64,000 bases of DNA from a virus (taxonomy: Duplodnaviria; Caudoviricetes). This document shows, in pieces, positions 9,084 to 17,876 of this stretch. Each line of letters begins with the position of its first letter. Positions within the stretch are counted from its first letter, which is position 1. A model generated the notes under the pieces. The model was not told the DNA's origin, did no database searches, and worked only from the letters and a program-made list of their open reading frames with translations. Position numbers and translations under genes: made by a program. The stretch is from IMG/VR virus record IMGVR_UViG_3300021431_002979, positions 1,649 to 65,648 of that record. The stretch is one strand, 5' to 3'.

Positions 9084-9234
9084 ATTTGTTTACAACCTTG
9101 CCGTCCTCGTCAATCTTATAACCACGTTCATCAAGAATTGCCAATACTTTATCAACATAATCTTCTTTATTAGTCTTAAGTGACTCCCAAGACAAAGTTC
9201 CTTTTATCAAACAAGTTGCGAAAAATTTTTCCAT
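9082..9234 (-). CDS. Small protein (50 aa), XkdX/CD1375-like; not in the ORF track
   Basis: MEKFFATCLIKGTLSWESLKTNKEDYVDKVLAILDERGYKIDEDGKVVNK; ATG overlaps the upstream TAA; position after tail-fibre genes is typical. Confidence 0.6.
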   Translation of the reverse strand: MEKFFATCLIKGTLSWESLKTNKEDYVDKVLAILDERGYKIDEDGKVVNK

Positions 9235-9500
9235 TATTTTTTACTCCCCATGCCCATCAAAGCTAAAAGTGTCTCTTGAATTTCTGCAATCTGTTCCTCT
9301 GTAGAAGGTGGTGTCGGTGGTAATTCTTGTTCAATATACTCGCTCTTTTTAACATAGCCACTACCATCCGACTGCATTACAAATTCTTCATCAGACTCGC
9401 CAAAATTTTCCCAATCACCTTGACGAACCTTTAATTGAGCTAATTTCAAATTGTTTGTATACTCACCAAGATTATTAATATTATAATAAATTTTTGCCAA
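9234..9500 (-). CDS. Putative tail fibre assembly/chaperone (XkdW-like)
   Basis: TTG start behind GAGGTG RBS; C-terminal PPTPPSTEEQIAEIQETLLALM short coiled coil; follows the RBP gene. Confidence 0.45.
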   Translation of the reverse strand: MAKIYYNINNLGEYTNNLKLAQLKVRQGDWENFGESDEEFVMQSDGSGYVKKSEYIEQELPPTPPSTEEQIAEIQETLLALMGMGSKK

Positions 9501-9506
9501 TTTATA

Positions 9507-11252
9507 TCACCTCATTCTACAAAAACCCCGACCACCGACACTAACAGCGAAAAAAGAACCAAAGTAAAAACAAGAAACCGTCCGAGAACCGCAATCAGCC
9601 AAAGAACTAACATAGCTACCGCCCAATAACAACCGCCGAAGCAGACCATCACAAGAACCACGCTTTACCATATCTACTGTAGGGTTATATACTGATTTAT
9701 CTTGCCATGCATAGCCAACCATAAAATAGTCAATACCACCCCAATAGGCAGTATTACTACCGCTTGTACCACAATGTTCTGCTAATGTGCTTGACCACTG
9801 CCATAATACTCCAACACAATCCTCTAGCCCATAATTACTTATTATTCTTGCCCCAAGTGTTCCTACGTGACCACCTGCACCTGTAGGCACTGCTCCTGTA
9901 CTTATATGGTCGCCCTCTGGTGTGCCTTTGGAACAGACAATAAACTCATCATAAGTAGGTAATCTTTTACCTACTAAGCCTAATTCTTCTGCCATCATTA
10001 TTCCATGCATAGCTTTAGTGGATGTTCCTGTTACACACTCCTGATTAAACTTACTTACAAGATTTGAACCATTCCAACTGCATAAATAAATATCTGCCCA
10101 TAAGCCAATTTCTGAAATCCAAACCATTCCTTCATTCTCGCTTACTGCCCTATGCTTTAAATCCCATACACTTAATGGTAAAATATCACCTGCCAAGTAA
10201 CCACTTAATGTATGCCCACTAATTGTTCCAACACCCATACAAAGACAGTGAAAACCACCAATCTTTCTGCTGTTTGTAGCTGTATAGCCTGTAGGTACTG
10301 TTGAATTAGCGGATAAAATATATTCGCCTGTCTCTAAAGCGTAGACATAAAAATCTTTACCTGCCCTATTGCTTGCTGTAGTATATGTATTATTATCCCA
10401 ACTTACTGCATTAGTTAAATCCAATACTTTCTCGTCATTTACAAAGCCTGTATTATTTACATTTACCCAAGTCTTACTAATTGTTATAGTTGTTTTATTA
10501 GGTACAGGTAAGCTATCTCTTTCGTAATATGTTGGGGCTGATGCTATCAAATTCTGCATTAGCTTTTCTGTACTCATTGGAACAAATTCTATACCCACAA
10601 TCTTATTTATTACTACATTAGCTATTGTACTGCCTTTATCCAATAAAGTAGCAAACGCTTGTCTACCACTAACATCTAATGTTAAAGCCACGTTAAAGAA
10701 ATAATCTACTGTTGGCTCAGAGTATCTTAACTGCCACTCTAAATCTCCTTCAGGAGCTACCATTATAGTCTTTTCAAAAGAATAACCGTTTGAAGGAATA
10801 CCCCTAGCCTCAATAATGATATAATCGAATTTAAATACATCATCACCCAAAGCAAGTATTTTTGATATATTACCTAATTCATCACCACTAGCATACCTAT
10901 AAAGAGTAGTATTTCTAGGTACACTATTAGCTTTACCTATTGGAAGTCTATTACTTCTATCATTTGGTACTAAATTACCATTCTCGTCATACTTCCATAA
11001 GCAATCACCATTTTCGTCCATTACTTCAAATACTGCTGTGCCATATACTACTCTATCACCAACAATATAATTACTTAAATCTATTGAAGCATTAGCTGTT
11101 TTTCCTGCTACTGTACAACGCAAAAATGTGTTTCCTTTATTTATTATTGTACCTACAGAATAATCTTTATTTCTCTGTAATATGTTAGTTTGTTCTTTTA
11201 ACTTACTATCATAGTCAGCCAAATCTTCAAGATATATATTTTTTGAACTCAA
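9507..11252 (-). CDS. Receptor-binding protein with C-terminal major-tropism-determinant-like (CLec fold) domain; probable DGR target
   Basis: WDLKHR..EGMV..W.DIYL..KRLPTYDEF..GLEDCVGVLWQW..LLGGSY..CGSR..GGRG pattern of Mtd/FGE-like domains; N-terminal module shared with neighbouring fibre genes. Confidence 0.75.
   Translation of the reverse strand: MSSKNIYLEDLADYDSKLKEQTNILQRNKDYSVGTIINKGNTFLRCTVAGKTANASIDLSNYIVGDRVVYGTAVFEVMDENGDCLWKYDENGNLVPNDRSNRLPIGKANSVPRNTTLYRYASGDELGNISKILALGDDVFKFDYIIIEARGIPSNGYSFEKTIMVAPEGDLEWQLRYSEPTVDYFFNVALTLDVSGRQAFATLLDKGSTIANVVINKIVGIEFVPMSTEKLMQNLIASAPTYYERDSLPVPNKTTITISKTWVNVNNTGFVNDEKVLDLTNAVSWDNNTYTTASNRAGKDFYVYALETGEYILSANSTVPTGYTATNSRKIGGFHCLCMGVGTISGHTLSGYLAGDILPLSVWDLKHRAVSENEGMVWISEIGLWADIYLCSWNGSNLVSKFNQECVTGTSTKAMHGIMMAEELGLVGKRLPTYDEFIVCSKGTPEGDHISTGAVPTGAGGHVGTLGARIISNYGLEDCVGVLWQWSSTLAEHCGTSGSNTAYWGGIDYFMVGYAWQDKSVYNPTVDMVKRGSCDGLLRRLLLGGSYVSSLADCGSRTVSCFYFGSFFAVSVGGRGFCRMR
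9521..9660 (-). repeat. Candidate DGR variable repeat (VR)
   Basis: Only 9 adenines in 140 nt of the coding strand (counted by hand); four CGG Arg codons; variable positions are NNT/NNC codons as expected from AAY template codons. Confidence 0.65.
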
Positions 11253-11791
11253 ATTAATCCCAACTCCTTCGCTGAGGCTACTGAATAAATAAACTTAATA
11301 TGTACAAACTTAAAATATGAAGAACTAGAACTATCATATTCAATAATATCGCCCTTATTAACAGGCATTATTGAAGACACTTGATTATCTACACCGCTAA
11401 AGCTTAAAAATATTCCATATTTTCTAACATTACAAAAAGCCCTTACATACAAAGTATTTGGAGCAGATAAAGCACTAGCCGAAATTACAATATACCCATT
11501 TGCACTAACTGTATAAAATTTAGCTGTAGGTGATAAAGCAGAGTCTACGACAATTACTACACTACTAGGAGCAGACATGTTTGCTATTGAATCTGCCCCA
11601 CCACCATCTAATAAGCTCCATGTTACTGTTCCGTCTACAACTTCTGTTGCTTCACTTGGTATTGTTAAGGGGTCTGTTCCTGTAGTTCCCGCTACCTTAC
11701 AAACTAATCTTATTCCGTCTAAATTATAATCTATATTACCTACATTGTAGTTAAAATTTCTTTTTACCACATCATCTACCACCTTATACAA
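11249..11791 (-). CDS. Tail fibre-related protein
   Basis: N-terminal KRNFNYNVG..LVCKVAGTTG..VVDGTVTWSL module shared with 11776..12435; C-terminal domain similar to 12457..13359. Confidence 0.55.
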   Translation of the reverse strand: MYKVVDDVVKRNFNYNVGNIDYNLDGIRLVCKVAGTTGTDPLTIPSEATEVVDGTVTWSLLDGGGADSIANMSAPSSVVIVVDSALSPTAKFYTVSANGYIVISASALSAPNTLYVRAFCNVRKYGIFLSFSGVDNQVSSIMPVNKGDIIEYDSSSSSYFKFVHIKFIYSVASAKELGLI

Positions 11792-12435
11792 TACAATACG
11801 GAAGTATTTGTTGGGCGAGAAGTATATTTGACTATATTATTCAATGAATATGTTTGAGCATCAGAAAGCCATATTTCAGTAGAACTTTCTAATCCACTAT
11901 CAACTTTTGCAACTTGTGCATTTGCACCGCTTTGTGATTTTGGATTTAACACGTTGGCTATACCGCCTAACGAACCAACATGTTCAGTACCATCTTGATG
12001 AACACCCACATTTTCTCCGCTACCCTGATTAGTGTGGCTATTTGTGCCCGTTCCCCTTAAAAATTCCCCTCTAAGGTCAGGCACTGCAAATGTAGAAGTA
12101 CCATCTCCACCAAAGAAATTCTTACTTCCAAATTCTACTTCAATATGATTAGCTAATCTTGAATAATCAATTATATTATAAATACTTCCGTCACAACTTA
12201 AAAATCCTTTAGGGGGATTTGACCCAAAATACTGTATTATAGTACCTACTTGGTCATTTCCCCCTGATATATCTATTAGTGACCATACTACTGTCCCGTC
12301 TGTTACTTCACTAACATTAGATGGTATTACTAAATCTTCCGTAGAAGTTGTTCCTGCTGTCTTACAAGTAAGCCTTACACCACTAACTGAGTATTCTATA
12401 TCTCCTACATTGTAGGTATAATTTCTTTTCAACAT
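11776..12435 (-). CDS. Phage tail collar domain protein
   Basis: GTIIQYFGSNPPKGFLSCDGS..YSRLA..FGGDGTSTFAVPDLRGEFLRG and C-terminal RPTNTSVLYCIRW. Confidence 0.85.
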   Translation of the reverse strand: MLKRNYTYNVGDIEYSVSGVRLTCKTAGTTSTEDLVIPSNVSEVTDGTVVWSLIDISGGNDQVGTIIQYFGSNPPKGFLSCDGSIYNIIDYSRLANHIEVEFGSKNFFGGDGTSTFAVPDLRGEFLRGTGTNSHTNQGSGENVGVHQDGTEHVGSLGGIANVLNPKSQSGANAQVAKVDSGLESSTEIWLSDAQTYSLNNIVKYTSRPTNTSVLYCIRW

Positions 12436-12456
12436 TAAACAAACAACCCTTTTTAT

Positions 12457-13359
12457 TTATAACAATCCTAATGCTTTAGCATCTCCTACTGAATAAAAGA
12501 AGGTAGCACTATCTGTACTATCCCATCTATATTTGCAACCCTTTCTGACAGAAATAAAAGTAGCTGGATAAGCCTGCCCATATACAATGTTGACCAAATT
12601 ACTTTGTCCTTGTAGATAGATTGTCGTTGCTGTTGAATTACTAACAACTAAATAGCCATTAGCAGGTGCAATCCATCTATCTGTACTATTCCAATCACCC
12701 CAATTTGTAGCAGGTAATGTAATATATACATCACTAGGCATAGCCATTTCTGCTATATCTGCTGTTGATAGAGTGTTGAGCTTGATACCTGTTATTCTTA
12801 ATAATTTAACCCCTTTAAAAGATGAACCCATTCTCGTCAAGGTTAAATTAAAAGTTGTTGTATATAGCATTTCAACTGATATATACGAAGTATCACTATC
12901 ATACAAATTGCTTTCTATAATAGTATCAATTTCGCTGACACTTACAATTGAGCTTTTTGTTTCTCTAAGAGAGTCAGTACGTAATATTTCAATTGTTATT
13001 ATAAAATAATCGTAATCAGTTAAATCAGCATTTATTGAATATGTCTGAGAACTGTATAAAGTAGTAATAAAAGTATCATTAGTTCCATCATATAAAGTAG
13101 TCTGTGTTACATTATTGATACCTTCTTTACCTATCCACTCCCATTTACCTGCCAATACATCAGTAAGGAAATCAGTACCGCTAGTGTGAGCAGTTTTACA
13201 AATATAGAGTCCGTTGGTGCTATAGACAAGCTTATTAGCTTTATAGTTAGTGTTTTCTTTCCAAGGAGTAATAGAGCCACCTTCAGTTACTCCATCACTC
13301 ACGTCTAACGTATTACAAAATATTGTATCAAATCTATTATTTTCAGCACCTAAGTTCAA
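12457..13359 (-). CDS. Tail fibre-related protein with CBM5/12-like N-terminal module
   Basis: PWKENTNYKANKLVYSTNGLYICKTAHTS..KWEW; C-terminal IAEMAMPS..APANGY..VRKG..FYSVGDAKALGLL similar to 11249..11791. Confidence 0.55.
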   Translation of the reverse strand: MNLGAENNRFDTIFCNTLDVSDGVTEGGSITPWKENTNYKANKLVYSTNGLYICKTAHTSGTDFLTDVLAGKWEWIGKEGINNVTQTTLYDGTNDTFITTLYSSQTYSINADLTDYDYFIITIEILRTDSLRETKSSIVSVSEIDTIIESNLYDSDTSYISVEMLYTTTFNLTLTRMGSSFKGVKLLRITGIKLNTLSTADIAEMAMPSDVYITLPATNWGDWNSTDRWIAPANGYLVVSNSTATTIYLQGQSNLVNIVYGQAYPATFISVRKGCKYRWDSTDSATFFYSVGDAKALGLL

Positions 13360-13437
13360 TATTAATCCACCCCTTAGTAATCTACAACATAATTAGCACA
13401 TTTAGTTAATTACAAAGGGTAATTAAAGATTGAACTA

Positions 13438-13578
13438 CTACCCTTTTTTATTATTATCATTCTTTCTATACTCTAACAGCTCCATTAACCACTCTGCAAG
13501 CTGTCTATGCTCTTTGGCACATTCATCACAGCCTTGAGCTTTTTCAAAGCAATGCTGTATTGCTTCCTGTAATGTCAT
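13438..13578 (-). CDS. Small phage hypothetical protein (46 aa); not in the ORF track
   Basis: MTLQEAIQHCFEKAQGCDECAKEHRQLAEWLMELLEYRKNDNNKKG behind GAGGGTG RBS, overlapping the oxidoreductase 3' end. Confidence 0.65.
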   Translation of the reverse strand: MTLQEAIQHCFEKAQGCDECAKEHRQLAEWLMELLEYRKNDNNKKG

Positions 13579-14980
13579 TTACTTCACCCTCTAATTTTCT
13601 AATCCTTTCAATAAACTTTATGTCTGCTAAAATTTTTCTTGCAACGAATACACCTGTTGCGGAAGCTTGTGACAATCCTCTTGTTAATCCCGAACCATCA
13701 CCTATAGCATAAATACCGTTCTTGGTTTTTAAATTATTATCAATTTCAACCCTAGAACTAAAGAATTTTACTTCTACACCATATAACAAAGTGTCGTCAT
13801 TATTAATACCTTTTGCTATATTATCAAGTGCTTCAAGCATTTCCAAAATGTTATCCAAATGTCTTTTTGGTAATACCAAGCTTAAATCACCTGCAGTGGC
13901 ATTAAGTGTAGGTTTTGTAAAGCTCTTGCTCAATCTATGCTCATTGGTTCTTCTGCCTTTACGCAAATCGCCAAGTCTCTGCACAATAACACCGTCACCC
14001 AACAAATTAGACAATGACGCAATTCTTTCACCATATTTATTAGGTTCTTTAAAAGGTTCTGTAAATTTATTACTTACCAACAATGCAAAGTTTGTGTTCT
14101 CACTCTGCAATTTTTTATCTTCATAACTATGACCGTTTACTGTAATAATACCATTAGTATTTTCAGCAACTACCTGTCCATTAGGGTTCATGCAGAAAGT
14201 TCTTACAATATCACCATATTTTTTAGTTCTATAAAGTAACTTAGCTTCATATACCTCGTCTGTAATATGTTTCATAACAGACGCAGGAACTTCCACACGC
14301 ACTCCCAAATCAATTCTATTACTAGATACATTCAAACCCATAGCTTTGCATTGTTCCGCAAACCATGAAGCTCCTGCTCGTCCTGACGCAACAATCAAGT
14401 TATCACAAGAAATTTCCTCACCATTTTTCAAAACAACATTATGGGAATCCACAATTTTATCCACAGGACACTTAAATCTAATTTCTACTTTATCCTTTAA
14501 AAACTCATAAATTGAGGACATGATTTTAAGGTTATTTTCTGTGCCCAAATGCCTAACAGAAGCGTCAAGCAAATGAATATCATATTTTAAAGCTTCATCC
14601 TTAATAGTAGAATTAGTAGTATTGAATACACTCTTGGGAGCACCAAAAGCAAGATTGATTTTATCAACATAATTAATCAAATCCATAATTTCTTTTTCGG
14701 GTAAATACTCATTGAGCCACCCACCAAACTGAGTAGTAAAGTTGTACTTACCGTCAGAAAAAGCTCCTGCTCCACCAAAACCACGCATAATATTACACGG
14801 GTTACAGCTTACACACTTTTTGGACTTATTTTCAACAATAGGACACTTTCTCTTATAAACGTCATTTCCTTCTTCAAGAAGAAGTACCTTTAAGTCAGGC
14901 TTGTTAATAATCAGCTCATAAGAAGCAAAAATACCCGCCGGTCCTGCTCCGACAATTACAACGTCATAGTTCGTTTTCAT
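13544..14980 (-). CDS. NAD(P)/FAD-dependent oxidoreductase (COG2509-like)
   Basis: Rossmann VVIVGAGPAGIFA, CxxCxPC then GFGGAGAFSDGK, FCMNPNG, NGHS, YAIGDGSGLTRGLSQA. Confidence 0.85.
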   Translation of the reverse strand: MKTNYDVVIVGAGPAGIFASYELIINKPDLKVLLLEEGNDVYKRKCPIVENKSKKCVSCNPCNIMRGFGGAGAFSDGKYNFTTQFGGWLNEYLPEKEIMDLINYVDKINLAFGAPKSVFNTTNSTIKDEALKYDIHLLDASVRHLGTENNLKIMSSIYEFLKDKVEIRFKCPVDKIVDSHNVVLKNGEEISCDNLIVASGRAGASWFAEQCKAMGLNVSSNRIDLGVRVEVPASVMKHITDEVYEAKLLYRTKKYGDIVRTFCMNPNGQVVAENTNGIITVNGHSYEDKKLQSENTNFALLVSNKFTEPFKEPNKYGERIASLSNLLGDGVIVQRLGDLRKGRRTNEHRLSKSFTKPTLNATAGDLSLVLPKRHLDNILEMLEALDNIAKGINNDDTLLYGVEVKFFSSRVEIDNNLKTKNGIYAIGDGSGLTRGLSQASATGVFVARKILADIKFIERIRKLEGEVNDITGSNTALL

Positions 14981-15002
14981 GTTTCTCCCCTATATAAATA
15001 CA

Positions 15003-15089
15003 TTATTTATCCAAAAACAATTGCAACAAAAATAATATTGATACGGCAATTATAATTGCAACCGTTTCCAAAAATGCCTCAATTATCAT
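15003..15089 (-). CDS. Putative 28-aa hydrophobic peptide
   Basis: MIIEAFLETVAIIIAVSILFLLQLFLDK; start overlaps the MTase 3' end; fills the gap. Confidence 0.35.
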   Translation of the reverse strand: MIIEAFLETVAIIIAVSILFLLQLFLDK

Positions 15090-15831
15090 TAATTCGCTTT
15101 TCTGCAATATCAAAATATTGCTTATCTAATTCTATACCAATGAACTTCCTATTTAAATTTTTACACGCAATACCTGTAGTACCACTACCCATACAATTAT
15201 CAAGAACTAAATCATTCTCTTTGGTATAAGTTTTTATCAAATACTCAACTAAAGCCAATGGTTTTTGTGTAGGGTGTACTTTTTTACATTCAGTATTAAA
15301 TTTTAATATAGAAATTGGTAATCTATCCTTATACGTTTTTATATTATCCTTTGTTCCATTTTTATATTCATGCAACAAATTATTATTTCCATAAATTTTT
15401 ACATTAGAGGTTCTTTCTTTCTCTCTTTTTTCTTTTTGAGGATAATAATTCATACTTATATGATTGGACGTATAGCACGCTTTAGCTTTGCTAAAAACCA
15501 TAATATTTTCATGCACCCTTCCACACTGATAGTTCATTAACTGAAAGTTGGAAGGTTTTTGTTTTTGCCATACCCAATCATATCTATACATAGGAAGATT
15601 ACTCGCTCGCATTAAAGACGAAAAAGGCTCTTGCCCAAACAACACAATTGCACCGTCGTCTTTTATAATCCTATTATATTGTTCCCACAATTTATCTATA
15701 GGTATTATTACGTCCCATTTGCATTTAGTTGTTCCATAGGGCAAGTCGCACACAATGCAATCTACACTTTTATCTTGAATGTTTGTCATTATATCAAGAC
15801 AATCGCCTAAATATAAACCTTCTTTAAGCAT
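15079..15831 (-). CDS. N4C/N6A DNA methyltransferase (beta class)
   Basis: CDLPYG catalytic motif, HPTQKP, VLDNCMGSGTTG SAM-binding motif. Confidence 0.9.
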   Translation of the reverse strand: MLKEGLYLGDCLDIMTNIQDKSVDCIVCDLPYGTTKCKWDVIIPIDKLWEQYNRIIKDDGAIVLFGQEPFSSLMRASNLPMYRYDWVWQKQKPSNFQLMNYQCGRVHENIMVFSKAKACYTSNHISMNYYPQKEKREKERTSNVKIYGNNNLLHEYKNGTKDNIKTYKDRLPISILKFNTECKKVHPTQKPLALVEYLIKTYTKENDLVLDNCMGSGTTGIACKNLNRKFIGIELDKQYFDIAEKRINDN

Positions 15832-16558
15832 TTTCTACCCTTTCACGAGCAATATCAAAATATTGTTCGTCCAACTCCATACCAATAAATTTCCTATTTA
15901 AATTTTTACAGGCAACACCTGTAGTACCACTGCCCATACAATTATCAAGAACTATATCACCCTCATTTGTATAAGTCTTGATAAAATATTCACAAGCTTC
16001 TACGGGTTTTTGTGTAGGATGTAATCTACTTTTTTGCTTGTCCCATTTAAACGTTAAAACGTCCCGTGGGTATCTATCGGTACTATCGTATGTGGTTAAC
16101 CCATGTTCCCCATAATCAGTAGTTTTTTTGCAGTTGACTTTATGTTCTGCTTTACTTACTTTTCTTTGGTGTCCATGTGTCATTTGTGGATTATAAGTAG
16201 GTAATTTTTTATAAAATATCAAAACATTTTCATGTGCTTTCATTGGCATTTTCTTAGCATTAAGAAAGCCTGTCGCACTTGTTTTTTCTATAATCCACTC
16301 ATACCTAAACATATTGGAATTAGACATTACTAATTTGGCGGTAAATGGCATTTGTGCCCATAAAGCAATAACGCCATCGTCTTTAATTATGCGATTATAT
16401 TGTTCCCATAGCATAGGGAATGGAATGATGCTATCCCATTTATTTCTTGCCGTCGTGCCATAAGGCAAATCGCAGAAAATCATATCAATAGACTTATCTG
16501 CGATTTTTGCCATTTCCGTCAAACAGTCACCATGTATTAAATTAATATCATTATACAT
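15824..16558 (-). CDS. N4C/N6A DNA methyltransferase (beta class), paralog of the adjacent gene
   Basis: CDLPYG, HPTQKP, VLDNCMGSGTTG; start moved to ATG 16558 (MYNDINLIHGDC), overlapping the clpX stop. Confidence 0.9.
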   Translation of the reverse strand: MYNDINLIHGDCLTEMAKIADKSIDMIFCDLPYGTTARNKWDSIIPFPMLWEQYNRIIKDDGVIALWAQMPFTAKLVMSNSNMFRYEWIIEKTSATGFLNAKKMPMKAHENVLIFYKKLPTYNPQMTHGHQRKVSKAEHKVNCKKTTDYGEHGLTTYDSTDRYPRDVLTFKWDKQKSRLHPTQKPVEACEYFIKTYTNEGDIVLDNCMGSGTTGVACKNLNRKFIGMELDEQYFDIARERVENA

Positions 16559-17753
16559 TTTCTGCCTTAACATCTTCCTCTTTAATAACAATTTCCTTGG
16601 TGTTCTCGGTAGGAGCAGTATACATAATATCAAGCATGGTATTTTCCAAAATGGATTTAAGACTTCTCGCACCTGTCTTATTCTTCATTGCCATTTTTGC
16701 AATCTTATGAATAGCCTTGTTATCGAATTTTAAAGATACACCGTCTACTTCCATTAACTGCTGATACTGTTTAATTAAAGCGTCCTTTGGTTCTTGCAAA
16801 ATCTTCACCATAGCTTCTTCGTCAAGCTTATGGAGAACTGCAATAGTCTGAATACGACCAACAAATTCGGGAATCATACCAAATTTAATCAAATGTTCCT
16901 GAGTTACACGGTCAAGAAGATTATTCTTTTCCTTATCAGACAATTTATGTGGAGAAGAACCAAAGCCAATACCCTTGTTTTCTTCCTTTGCCTTAATAAA
17001 TTTCTCAATGCCTACGAAAGCACCGCTAACGATAAATAAAATATTGGTAGTATCAATAGTCATTTGTTCTTCTCCACCAAGAAAGTTCTCTTTTTCTTTT
17101 GGGAGATACATTGTAGTACCTTCAATCATTTTCAAAAGTGCTTGCTGAACACCCTCGCCACCAACGTCTTTTGTGCCACCACCTGCATGACCTGCAATTT
17201 TATCAATTTCGTCAAGAAATACAATACCACGTTCTGCTTTTGCAACATCCCCATCAGCTTTCTTTACAAGAGAAGCTAAACAATCTTCAACGTTCCTCCC
17301 CACATATCCCGCAGAAGTAAAGGACGTACAATCTGCAATAACAATAGGCACGTCCAAAAGCTTTGCTACAGTCTGAGCAATAAGAGTTTTACCACTACCG
17401 CTCGAACCAATCAAGCAAATGTTAGCTTTCTGTACTGCAGAATCTTTAAGTTTTGCAATTCTCTTATAATGATTATAAACAGCAACAGAAATAATCTTCT
17501 TAGCTTTTTCCTGACCTACAATATATTCGTCCAATTTCTTTTTAAGTTCCATTGGTTTTGGGACTTCTTTCATTTCAAATACTTCTTGAGTTTCGCCTTT
17601 TCTATCTGCAACAATACTATTGCAAATGTTCAAGCAATCCTCACAAATGGTAATATCTTTTTTCTTACCATACAACAATTTTGTAGCGTCTACCTCTTTA
17701 CCACAAAACCTACATTTGACTTTTAAAACGTCAGAATCTTTTGTAACTGCCAA
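16551..17753 (-). CDS. clpX: ATP-dependent Clp protease ATP-binding subunit ClpX
   Basis: C4 Zn finger CRFC..ICEDC, VGQEKAKK..VAVYNHYKR, Walker A GSSGSGKT, AGYVG, LDEIDKI, DVGGEGVQQALLK, IGFG loop, TGARSL. Confidence 0.92.
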   Translation of the reverse strand: MAVTKDSDVLKVKCRFCGKEVDATKLLYGKKKDITICEDCLNICNSIVADRKGETQEVFEMKEVPKPMELKKKLDEYIVGQEKAKKIISVAVYNHYKRIAKLKDSAVQKANICLIGSSGSGKTLIAQTVAKLLDVPIVIADCTSFTSAGYVGRNVEDCLASLVKKADGDVAKAERGIVFLDEIDKIAGHAGGGTKDVGGEGVQQALLKMIEGTTMYLPKEKENFLGGEEQMTIDTTNILFIVSGAFVGIEKFIKAKEENKGIGFGSSPHKLSDKEKNNLLDRVTQEHLIKFGMIPEFVGRIQTIAVLHKLDEEAMVKILQEPKDALIKQYQQLMEVDGVSLKFDNKAIHKIAKMAMKNKTGARSLKSILENTMLDIMYTAPTENTKEIVIKEEDVKAENV

Positions 17754-17835
17754 TTTGCAAAACCTCCTATTTCTTTCCTAAATTTACTATATTTAATTGC
17801 CCTTCATTTAGTAAATATATTTAAAGACAAAAAAA

Positions 17836-17870
17836 TAAAGCGTGGAAAATTTTCTATCTTCCACGCTTTA
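17836..17870 (-). terminator. Rho-independent terminator after gyrA
   Basis: TAAAGCGTGGAA/TTCCACGCTTTA followed by a T run on the minus strand. Confidence 0.75.
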
Positions 17871-17876
17871 AAATCA

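Noticed and set aside
13544-14980. Oxidoreductase as a partner of the cmoA/MTase modification pathway
   Set aside because: It lies ~23 kb away in a different transcription unit, with no sequence evidence of linkage.
15079-16558. Complete restriction-modification system
   Set aside because: No endonuclease ORF is adjacent; orphan phage MTases are the simpler reading.
16559-16672. N-terminal extension of the second MTase (MREVLNPFW...)
   Set aside because: It overlaps the clpX 3' end in another frame; the real start is probably ATG 16558.
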